Below, piece after piece: positions 55,736 through 64,000 of a stretch of 64,000 nucleotides of DNA (its first letter is position 1; every line of letters starts with the position of its first letter). The notes below the pieces were generated by a model. It made no database searches and was not told where the DNA came from. It worked only from the letters and a program-made list of their open reading frames with translations. Position numbers and translations under genes: made by a program. Origin of the DNA: an uncultured Planctomycetales bacterium. Its GTDB lineage: Bacteria; Omnitrophota; Gorgyraeia; Gygaellales; Profunditerraquicolaceae. The DNA lies in assembly GCA_964542785.1 (NCBI GenBank), contig CAZIUK010000003.1, forward strand, positions 12,946 through 76,945, in the 5' to 3' direction.

Positions 55736-56614
55736 ATGCATAAAGATGTAGATATTTTAGTTATCAAAGGAGAAGAAAAAGCCACAGGGTTGATTGAATC
55801 TACGGTTCGTTCTGCAGGCTACAATGTTTGGTTGGCCAATGATCATAATGAAGGCTTGAAGCTTTTGCGTTCTAATACTTTCCCGATAGTAATTACAGAA
55901 GTACTTTCTGTAAAGATGGATGTTGCTCACTTTTGTAGAGAGGTCAACAAACTAAGCCCGTTGACTAACGTGATTGTTGTTGCCCTCTATTCTTTAATTA
56001 ATAACGCTATTAAGGCTATGGAGGCAGGGGCTTACGGGTATATTACTAAGCCACTAAATGTTTCTGAAATACGTATAGTCGTGGAGAGGGCAGTAGAGAG
56101 GTACTTTCTGTTTTCTGCCAGGGAAGATAAGGATTATTTTGTTGATTTAGCTGTAAGGGATGGGCTTACCGGACTTTTTAATCGGCGCTATTTTAATGAA
56201 TTAATAAAAATAGAGTTTAGCCGCATTAAGCGGTTACCGTCGTTTCTCTCTCTGCTAATTCTTGACATAGATAATTTTAAAAACTATAATGATACGCAAG
56301 GACATAGCGCAGGCGACATTTTATTAAAGAATGCCGCTAAAATTTTTAAGAGTTCTGTGCGTACCGTAGATATAGTTTTTCGCTATGGGGGAGAGGAGTT
56401 TGCAGTAATACTTCCTAGTACAGATAAAAAAGGGGCTCAGATTATTGCAGAGAGGATACGTATGCAGGTGAGCCTGTATCTACCTACTACTGTAAGTATA
56501 GGCATTTCTACTGCCCCAGAAGATGCCGAGGAGATAAGCCTATTGATAGAGAAGGCGGATAAGGCTTTGTATCAAGCGAAGAACAGTGGTAAAAATAAGT
56601 GGTGTGTTGCATGA
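55736..56614 (+). CDS. Response-regulator-like receiver (atypical) fused to a GGDEF diguanylate cyclase
   Basis: The receiver-like N-terminus reads IVITEVLSVKMD, with Glu where the phospho-acceptor Asp is expected. The GGDEF domain has an intact RYGGEEF active site and the upstream DGLTGLFNRRYF I-site region. Confidence 0.75.
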   Translation: MHKDVDILVIKGEEKATGLIESTVRSAGYNVWLANDHNEGLKLLRSNTFPIVITEVLSVKMDVAHFCREVNKLSPLTNVIVVALYSLINNAIKAMEAGAYGYITKPLNVSEIRIVVERAVERYFLFSAREDKDYFVDLAVRDGLTGLFNRRYFNELIKIEFSRIKRLPSFLSLLILDIDNFKNYNDTQGHSAGDILLKNAAKIFKSSVRTVDIVFRYGGEEFAVILPSTDKKGAQIIAERIRMQVSLYLPTTVSIGISTAPEDAEEISLLIEKADKALYQAKNSGKNKWCVA

Positions 56615-56835
56615 GGGTTCTTATACTAGAGCCTAAAGGGACTATTTGGGAGGGGATAGCAGAGCAAGTGACCCTTCCGGCTAAAGAAGGTCAAATGTGT
56701 GTGCTTGATTTTCATCAGCCTTTTGCAGTTAGGTTGATAAATGGCAGCATTGTTTTTAGCAATAAAAGAATAAAAATAAAAGACGGGGTTGCTTATATGC
56801 GGTCTAACAATTTGACGGCCTTTGTGCAAACTTAA
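56611..56835 (+). CDS. atpC: F-type ATP synthase epsilon subunit carrying only the N-terminal beta-sandwich domain (truncated)
   Basis: RVLILEPKGTIWEGIAEQVTLPAKEGQMCVLDFHQPFAVRLINGSI...DGVAYMRSNNLTAFV aligns with the epsilon N-domain pattern (IVSPE..F.G.V..V.LP...GE.GILP.H.PLLT.L.PG...VSGGFLEV....VTVLAD). It is only about 74 aa, with no C-terminal helical hairpin. ATG 56611 overlaps the GGDEF TGA stop (ATGA); the track's GTG 56599 is an alternative start. Confidence 0.5.
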   Translation: MRVLILEPKGTIWEGIAEQVTLPAKEGQMCVLDFHQPFAVRLINGSIVFSNKRIKIKDGVAYMRSNNLTAFVQT

Positions 56836-56840
56836 AAAAT

Positions 56841-57053
56841 ATGAGTAGTATAGGATTAATTATCGTTATGTTTTTAAGCACTGCCGGCCCGGCTGCAGTT
56901 ATAGCTTTTGTAGGATATGCTGCGGTTAAGGCGGTCGCGCGTAATCCTTCCGCGAGCCCAAAGATATTTACTGTTATGATTCTATCATTTATATTCGCAG
57001 AGGCGATAGCGATTTTAGCCCTTCTGATTATATATAATTTGTTTACCAAATAA
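56841..57053 (+). CDS. atpE: F-type ATP synthase c subunit
   Basis: The 70-aa two-helix hairpin has a GxGxGxG-like N-helix (AGPAAVIAFVGYAAV), an RNP loop (ARNPS) and the carboxylate helix FIFAEAIAILALLI. Confidence 0.8.
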   Translation: MSSIGLIIVMFLSTAGPAAVIAFVGYAAVKAVARNPSASPKIFTVMILSFIFAEAIAILALLIIYNLFTK

Positions 57054-57060
57054 GATAAAT

Positions 57061-57774
57061 ATGTTGATTAACCTTTTGATTTTGCAAATTATTACCTTTA
57101 TAGGGGTTGTCTTACTTTTACGTTTTATATTTACCCGCCACTTAAAATCCGCGTTATCCAGGCTTAATGCCTTGCATGGGGAAAATTTATCTAAAGAAGA
57201 AGAGCTTAAGGAGGAGATCAGGCGTGTTAAGGAGCAAAGCGAAGCCTTTATTAAACAAAGCAGGGAAGAAGCAGAATTAATCATTGCTGAGGCTAATAAG
57301 AATGCTCAGAGAATTAGGATGAATATTGAGGAGCAGGCTAGAAATCAGGCAGAGAAGATCATCAGTGATTCTCGCATAGATAGCGAGAAAATTCAAAAGG
57401 AAGCACTTAAGAATATACAGGGACAGAGTATAGAGTTAGCCTTAAGGATGATTTCAGAATTGCTTACTGAAACAGATAAGGTAGCTTTGCAGTATGAGTT
57501 AGCCAACGGTATTATTGAAGAGATCTCCCGATTGCCTAAAGAACAGTTTAGTGTTCCCGGGGGGGAAGTCAACATTACTTCCAGCTTTCCGCTGTTAGAA
57601 AGGCAATGCAATAAAATAAAGAGTATTCTTACAGATAAATCAGGTTCGCCTGTAAATTTAAATCAAAAGTTAGACCCGGAGATTATCGGCGGGCTTATAG
57701 TTGAAATGGGGGGCATGGTCATCGACGGGACATTAAGAAGCAGGCTACAGAGGGTTGCTGAGGGGTTTAAATAA
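57061..57774 (+). CDS. ATP synthase b subunit fused to a delta (OSCP) C-terminal domain; the delta N-domain is absent
   Basis: It has an N-terminal TM segment and a long charged coiled coil typical of b. The C-terminus ...VNITSSFPLLERQ...LNQKLDPEIIGGLIVEMGGMVIDGTLRSRLQRV matches the delta C-terminal-domain consensus (...VTSA.PL......DPSLIGG..I..GD.VIDGSVRGRL). Confidence 0.6.
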   Translation: MLINLLILQIITFIGVVLLLRFIFTRHLKSALSRLNALHGENLSKEEELKEEIRRVKEQSEAFIKQSREEAELIIAEANKNAQRIRMNIEEQARNQAEKIISDSRIDSEKIQKEALKNIQGQSIELALRMISELLTETDKVALQYELANGIIEEISRLPKEQFSVPGGEVNITSSFPLLERQCNKIKSILTDKSGSPVNLNQKLDPEIIGGLIVEMGGMVIDGTLRSRLQRVAEGFK

Positions 57775-59251
57775 GCTTATGGCTGTTGAGGCGTTAGATA
57801 TTAAAGAAGTAGGCAAGGTTGAGGAGCTTAAGCAGGGGATCGTTAAAATTAGTGGTTTGCCTAATTGCGCCTTTGGGGATGTTATAACTTTTGATAATTC
57901 ATCTTTTAGCATTGATAGTATGCTTAAGGGGATGATTATTGAGTTTGATTCTAAATACGCCTTTGGCATTGTTTTTGGGGATGAGCATAGCATAAAAGTA
58001 GGGGATATTGTTTCTAGCCGTAAACATTTATTAAGCGTACCGGTTGGAGATAGTTTTATAGGTAGGGTGGTAGATGCCTTAGGTAATCCTTTGGATGGTA
58101 AAGGTAAGATAGAGAAGGATGAAGATTATCCGGTTTTTCGGCAAGCTGCCGGGATAATGGAACGCGAACCCATTTCTCAGACTTTGCATACGGGTATTAA
58201 AATTATAGATATGTTGATTCCTTTAGGCAAGGGGCAACGTGAGCTTGTTGTTGGGGATAGGCAAATAGGCAAAACTTCTATTGCCTTGGATATGATAATA
58301 AATCAAAAAGGCAGAGATGTTATATGTATATATTGCTGGATTGGAGGCAGTATATCTGCCTTTAATAAGGTTATTCAGACTATAAAAGAGCACGGGTGCA
58401 TGGATTTTACTTTAGCTGTTTGTGCTTCTGCCGGGTCATCGGTTAGCGAACAGTATATTGCTCCTTATACTGCCGCGGCTTTAGGCGAGTATTTTATGTA
58501 TAAAGGCAAGGATGTGTTAGTAGTTTTTGATGATTTGACTAAGCATAGCTGGGTTTATAGGCAGATGTCTTTGTTACTGGAGCGTGCCCCTGGGAGAGAA
58601 GCTTACCCCGGAGATATATTCTTTCTTCACTCTCAATTAATGGAACGTGCTGGGAGGCTTAAAAAAGAATTTGGCGGAGGAACTATGACTTTTTTACCTT
58701 TGGCTGAAACACTGCAAGGAGATATTACAGGCTATATCTGTTCTAATATCGTTTCAATGACTGACGGGCAAATCTATTTAAATACTGGGTTATTCCAAGA
58801 AGGTTTTAAGCCAGCAATTGATTTAGAGTTATCTGTATCTCGTATTGGCAGTAAGGTACAGTCTCCGGCCATTAAGAAGTTAAGCGAAGGATTGCGTTAT
58901 GAATATGTACATTACCGTTCTTTGTTGAGATTGACGCGCCTGCGGACAAAATTAAGCCCCGAGGCTACGCAACAGATTCAGCGCGGTAGGGCGCTCTATG
59001 AATTGCTTATACAAGAAAATTTTTCTCCTGTTTCTCAAGCAGAAGAGATTGTTTCTTTTTACGCTTTTCAACAAAAAATCCTCGAGTCGATAAATTTGGA
59101 CGAGGTAAAATTGTTTAAGAAAAACTTTTTCCCTTATTTAAGTAAAAATAATCAAGATTTGGTGGATATTTTGAATGATAAAGGTGAACTTACAGAAGAA
59201 GTCAAGCAGCTTTTAGACAAGGCGATAAAAGGTTTTTTTGCGCTTTCATAA
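57755..59251 (+). CDS. atpA: F-type ATP synthase alpha subunit
   Basis: The P-loop is GDRQIGKTSIALDMIINQKG and there is extensive F1-alpha-like sequence. The start may be the downstream ATG (MAVEALD...) at 57779. Confidence 0.85.
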   Translation: MLRGLNKLMAVEALDIKEVGKVEELKQGIVKISGLPNCAFGDVITFDNSSFSIDSMLKGMIIEFDSKYAFGIVFGDEHSIKVGDIVSSRKHLLSVPVGDSFIGRVVDALGNPLDGKGKIEKDEDYPVFRQAAGIMEREPISQTLHTGIKIIDMLIPLGKGQRELVVGDRQIGKTSIALDMIINQKGRDVICIYCWIGGSISAFNKVIQTIKEHGCMDFTLAVCASAGSSVSEQYIAPYTAAALGEYFMYKGKDVLVVFDDLTKHSWVYRQMSLLLERAPGREAYPGDIFFLHSQLMERAGRLKKEFGGGTMTFLPLAETLQGDITGYICSNIVSMTDGQIYLNTGLFQEGFKPAIDLELSVSRIGSKVQSPAIKKLSEGLRYEYVHYRSLLRLTRLRTKLSPEATQQIQRGRALYELLIQENFSPVSQAEEIVSFYAFQQKILESINLDEVKLFKKNFFPYLSKNNQDLVDILNDKGELTEEVKQLLDKAIKGFFALS

Positions 59252-59280
59252 ATGGGATAAATGAAATGGGGGACGAAATG

Positions 59281-59340
59281 GGGGACAGCGACTTTTTTCT
59301 AAAAAAAGTCGCTGTCCTCCCATAAAGTCGCTGTCCCTCC
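59281..59340. repeat. REP-like triplet between atpA and atpG: GGGGACAGCGAC-ttttttctaaaaaaa-GTCGCTGTCCtCC-cataaa-GTCGCTGTCCCtCC
   Basis: It is an intercistronic, BIME-like arrangement with slightly degenerate arms. It is preceded by short GAAATGGGGGAC direct repeats at 59259-59283. Confidence 0.75.
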
Positions 59341-59349
59341 CATTAAAAG

Positions 59350-60192
59350 ATGATACCGGTTGGGAAGCTAAAAGTAAACCTGCAGTTTAATAAGAACCTC
59401 GGCAATTTAGTTGAGGTGATGAAGTTGGCGGCGACCTCGCAGTTTAATCAATTTCGTTTAAAGGGGGAGCCGTCTTCTGAGTATGTAAAGCTGCTTGGTG
59501 ATTTCTTTGGAACCCTTTTAAGTATTGGTATTGGCAATGATTTATTAAGGCCCAGGGAGGGCCTGCCGTCTCTTTTAGTCTTAGTAAGTTCCGATGAAGG
59601 TTTTTTAGGAGAGCTTAACTTTCTTTTAGTTAATAGTCTTCTTAATACTTTAAGGCGAAATGATATCATTGCTTGTTCAGGAACCTTAGGGGCCAACTAT
59701 TTAAAAGAGGTCCAAATTGACTTTTCTTATTTTGATTCTCCTGGAGAAAAGCTTGATACAAAAGCCCTATCTTCCTTAAGGGATTATATATTAAACCTTT
59801 ATTTAAAGAAGAAGGTTGGCAGGGTTTATATAATTTACTCTAAGTTTATAAACATCGGCGCTCAACAGATTGAGGTAGAGACTATATTGCCTTTGTTTCA
59901 AGATTACCAGATGCAAAGAGTCCCCATTCAAAATTTTTTAATTGAGCCTAACCTTAAGTCGGTAATAGAAGGATGGGTTAAAAGCTGGCTGGATTTTCGC
60001 CTTTATCAAATTTTTTGGTTAAGCAAGCTCTCAGAGTTTGCCGCTAGGATTATGCATTTAGAGGGTAGTGTCCAAGAGTTAAAAAGGATAAATGGCCGCT
60101 TGAATATAGAGTATTTTAAATATTTACATGCCTTATCTGATAAATCGATTAGGGAGATTACTGCGGCGCGTTTAATTAATAAATATAGGTAA
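59350..60192 (+). CDS. atpG: F-type ATP synthase gamma subunit (divergent)
   Basis: Its position lies between alpha and beta. The ~280-aa length and N- and C-terminal helices (MKLAATSQFNQFRL..., ...RLNIEYFKYLHALSDKSIREITAARLINKYR) fit the gamma architecture. Confidence 0.6.
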   Translation: MIPVGKLKVNLQFNKNLGNLVEVMKLAATSQFNQFRLKGEPSSEYVKLLGDFFGTLLSIGIGNDLLRPREGLPSLLVLVSSDEGFLGELNFLLVNSLLNTLRRNDIIACSGTLGANYLKEVQIDFSYFDSPGEKLDTKALSSLRDYILNLYLKKKVGRVYIIYSKFINIGAQQIEVETILPLFQDYQMQRVPIQNFLIEPNLKSVIEGWVKSWLDFRLYQIFWLSKLSEFAARIMHLEGSVQELKRINGRLNIEYFKYLHALSDKSIREITAARLINKYR

Positions 60193-61599
<1,407 letters not shown>

Positions 61600-61601
61600 A
61601 T

Positions 61602-63227
61602 ATGTCTAATAAATTATTAGGAGAGATGTTGTTGAGGAAGAAGTTTATCAGCGAGGAACAACTTTCTCAGGCATTAATGGCTTGTTCTCAGAATGAATCT
61701 ATGTTGGGGGCATACTTAGTGGAGAAAGGTCTTATCAGGGAAGAGGAGCTTTTAAGTGTCTTGTCCGAACAGTTTAATATTCCTTTTCTTTCTAATTTAA
61801 GAGAGGTTAAGGTTTCTACTGAAGCGATAAAAGCTATCCCGGCAAAATTAGTACAACACCACGGGTTTATCCCCATAAGTTTAGATGGCCAAGTTTTAAC
61901 GGTTGTGGTTTTTAATCCCATGGATTTATGGCTTGCGGAAAATATTAAACTTAATTTAGGCTTTCAAATTAAGAGGGTACTCTCTACGCGAAATGAAGTA
62001 GAGAAGGCAATACACAAGTATTATGGTGCTGTTGCCGGTACTGTGGATAAAATCATGGAAGGAAGATTTAGGCCCGGGATAAAGATTGAAAAAAGAGAGA
62101 CCATAGAGGATATTGAAAAAAACTCCGATGAGGCCTCAGTGATAAAGCTGGTGAATCAGATTATTTCAGAGGCAATAAAAATAAACGCGACTGATATTCA
62201 CATTGAGATTTATGAGAAGAAGATAGAGTTGCGTTACCGCATTGATGGAGTTTTACGTGAAATGAAGTTGCCCCAGGATGCTTATTATATCGGCCCGGCA
62301 ATTGTATCCAGGGTTAAAATTATGTGCCGTTTGGATGTTGTAGAACACCGCTTGCCTCAGGATGGCAGGGCAAGGGTGCGTTTAATTAGCGGGCAAGAGG
62401 TAGATTTAAGGGTTTCGGTTTTACCCAGTTATTTTGGAGAGAATGTTGTTATTCGCATACTTCCTTCGGGAGTTTTGCTTTGTTTGGATAAGATAGGTTT
62501 TTTCCCCGAAGATCTAAAGAAGATAAAAATGCTTTTGCAAAAACCGCACGGGATAATCCTTATTACAGGGCCTACCGGAAGCGGCAAGACTACCACGCTC
62601 TATGCTTCTTTAAGCCAATTAAACCGTAAAGAGGTAAAGATAATCAGTATAGAAGATCCGGTTGAATATGCAGTAGAGGGAATTACCCAAATCCATATTA
62701 ATCCTAAAATCGGGCTTACTTTTGCCAGCGCATTACGCAGTGTATTAAGGCATGATCCGGATGTTATGATGATAGGGGAGATCCGAGATCCTGAGACTGC
62801 GGATTTAGCGATACGTTCTGCATTAACCGGCCATTTGGTATTCTCTACGCTTCATACCAATGATTCAGCATCTGGGGTTGCCCGTCTTATAGATATGGGG
62901 ATCGAGCCGTATCTTTTAGCTTCCTCAATTGAGGTAATTATAGCGCAGAGGTTAGTGCGCTTGCTCTGTACTGCTTGTTCAGGAAAAGGTTGCGAGGCTT
63001 GCAGTGAAACAGGGTTTAAGGGGAGAAGGCCGGTTTATGAGATTATGATTATAGATGATGAAATTCGTAATATGATTATATCTCGTAAAAGTTCGCAAGA
63101 AATAAAGGCTAAGGCGCGGCAGAACGGGATGCTTACCCTTATGGATAACGGCATGCTTTTAGTTGAACAAGGTTTAACTAGTAAGGAAGAGATTTTACGC
63201 GTTGTGGAGTTAGAGCAGGAAGGTTAA
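61602..63227 (+). CDS. GspE/PilB-family secretion ATPase (type II secretion / type IV pilus assembly)
   Basis: It has an N-terminal GspE_N domain, Walker A GPTGSGKTTTLYASL, Asp and His boxes, and a tetracysteine motif (CTACSGKGCEACSETG). Confidence 0.9.
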   Translation: MSNKLLGEMLLRKKFISEEQLSQALMACSQNESMLGAYLVEKGLIREEELLSVLSEQFNIPFLSNLREVKVSTEAIKAIPAKLVQHHGFIPISLDGQVLTVVVFNPMDLWLAENIKLNLGFQIKRVLSTRNEVEKAIHKYYGAVAGTVDKIMEGRFRPGIKIEKRETIEDIEKNSDEASVIKLVNQIISEAIKINATDIHIEIYEKKIELRYRIDGVLREMKLPQDAYYIGPAIVSRVKIMCRLDVVEHRLPQDGRARVRLISGQEVDLRVSVLPSYFGENVVIRILPSGVLLCLDKIGFFPEDLKKIKMLLQKPHGIILITGPTGSGKTTTLYASLSQLNRKEVKIISIEDPVEYAVEGITQIHINPKIGLTFASALRSVLRHDPDVMMIGEIRDPETADLAIRSALTGHLVFSTLHTNDSASGVARLIDMGIEPYLLASSIEVIIAQRLVRLLCTACSGKGCEACSETGFKGRRPVYEIMIIDDEIRNMIISRKSSQEIKAKARQNGMLTLMDNGMLLVEQGLTSKEEILRVVELEQEG

Positions 63228-64000
63228 ATGATATTTAGATATAAAGCTAAAAAAAATCTTAACGAGGCAGTAGAAGGAGAAATCAAGAGTGAAAGTTTAG
63301 AAAAAGCCCTAGCTAGCCTTCAGTCTGAAGGTTTGGTCCCAGTTTATATTGAACCTGTTAGCCAGGATATTCCTATTGAGCAGTTAGAGGTTAACCCTAA
63401 GAAAAATTTTGGCAAGTGGCAACAGAAGCAGTTAATTTTATTTACACAGAAGCTTTATAATTTAGTTAATTCTAATGTAGAATTGTTAAGGGCATTAATG
63501 CTTTTAGAGGAGGATTGCCGCAATCTTACGGAAAAGGTATTAATTGGAGAAATTATAAGGAGTATTAAAGATGGGGCTACTTTCTCTGCTTCTTTAAGCT
63601 TGTACCCGCAATATTTCCCTGCTATTTATGTTAATATGCTGCGCGCAGGAGAATCAACCGGGAGGATTAAGGATGCACTTTTTCAGGTCTTAGGCTACCT
63701 CTGTAGGGTTGAAGACTTAAAAAGTAAGGTTAAGCAGGCTTTGGCTTATCCGCTATTTATGGTGATAGTAGGGACGGGGACTATATTTTTAATGCTTACC
63801 TTTGTTTTACCCCGTATTGCCGGGATGTTTGAAGATTTTCAGGCAGAACTTCCTTTCCCTACGCGCGTACTCTTATCTACCTCTGAATTTATTAAAACCC
63901 ACTGGTTTTTTTTGTTACTTTTTGCTTTTCTTTTAGTTTTTATTATCGGGAAAAAAGGCAAAAAAGGAATTTTTGCCAGTATTAAATACCGCCTCCCCAT
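63228..64000 (+). CDS. GspF/PilC-family inner-membrane platform protein (3' end beyond window)
   Basis: ATG 63228 overlaps the GspE stop (TAAATG), and the frame is open to the window end. The N-terminal region (MIFRYKAKKNLNEAVEGEIKSESLEKALASLQSEGLVPVYIEP) and the first T2SSF repeat (LALLL--GRSLIEEDCRNL..., YPLFMVIVGTGTIFLMLTFVLP) are present. Confidence 0.7.
   Translation, partial: MIFRYKAKKNLNEAVEGEIKSESLEKALASLQSEGLVPVYIEPVSQDIPIEQLEVNPKKNFGKWQQKQLILFTQKLYNLVNSNVELLRALMLLEEDCRNLTEKVLIGEIIRSIKDGATFSASLSLYPQYFPAIYVNMLRAGESTGRIKDALFQVLGYLCRVEDLKSKVKQALAYPLFMVIVGTGTIFLMLTFVLPRIAGMFEDFQAELPFPTRVLLSTSEFIKTHWFFLLLFAFLLVFIIGKKGKKGIFASIKYRLP

Overview
This 64 kb AT-rich window is from a diderm (Gram-negative-type) bacterium. 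The codon usage, the giant ORFs and the archaeal-type enzymes suggest an uncultivated lineage, but I cannot place it from sequence alone. Every convincing gene lies on the + strand. All minus-strand ORFs in the track look like shadow ORFs inside + strand genes.

From start to end the window contains:
- A 1138+ aa multidomain protein with an archaemetzincin-like HExxH/Cys4 signature followed by a nucleotidyltransferase motif. It is possibly truncated at the 5' window edge.
- Two adjacent PilZ (c-di-GMP receptor) proteins.
- A carbohydrate-uptake and degradation locus: a sugar ABC binding protein, two permeases with no ATPase, a GPH-family symporter, two paralogous clan GH-A TIM-barrel hydrolase-like proteins, a tandem CBM-like protein, and ROK and LacI regulators.
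- Housekeeping genes:
  - a class II (B12-type) ribonucleotide reductase interrupted by a 429-aa LAGLIDADG intein and preceded by tandem NrdR-box-like palindromes
  - archaeal-type phosphoglycerate mutase, mnmG and nadE
  - an Lrp-family regulator, an aminotransferase and a CheY-like receiver
- A 7-gene envelope operon behind a strong sigma70-like promoter and a palindromic operator: MerR-like HTH, GspA/ExeA-like AAA ATPase, a GspB/PilP-like bitopic protein, two tandem secretins (the second with C-terminal TPR repeats), and a NarL-type histidine kinase and response regulator.
- A run of very large secreted or surface proteins (856, 535, 961 and 3115 aa). The 3115-aa gene contains a near-perfect 2 x 1929 bp tandem duplication.
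- A decayed RayT/IS200-like tyrosine transposase flanked in inverted orientation by copies of a dispersed 12-mer, GGGGACAGCGAC and its reverse complement GTCGCTGTCCCC. I found this 12-mer at 8 loci, singly or as hairpin-forming inverted pairs, so the region looks like a REPtron. Several copies overlap the mis-called 5' ends of large secreted-protein genes.
- A REC-GGDEF diguanylate cyclase, then a non-canonical F-type ATP synthase operon (truncated epsilon, c, b fused to the delta C-terminal domain, alpha, gamma, beta, with no a subunit).
- GspE/PilB- and GspF/PilC-family type II secretion / type IV pilus-like genes; GspF runs off the window end.

I saw no rRNA, tRNA or CRISPR array.
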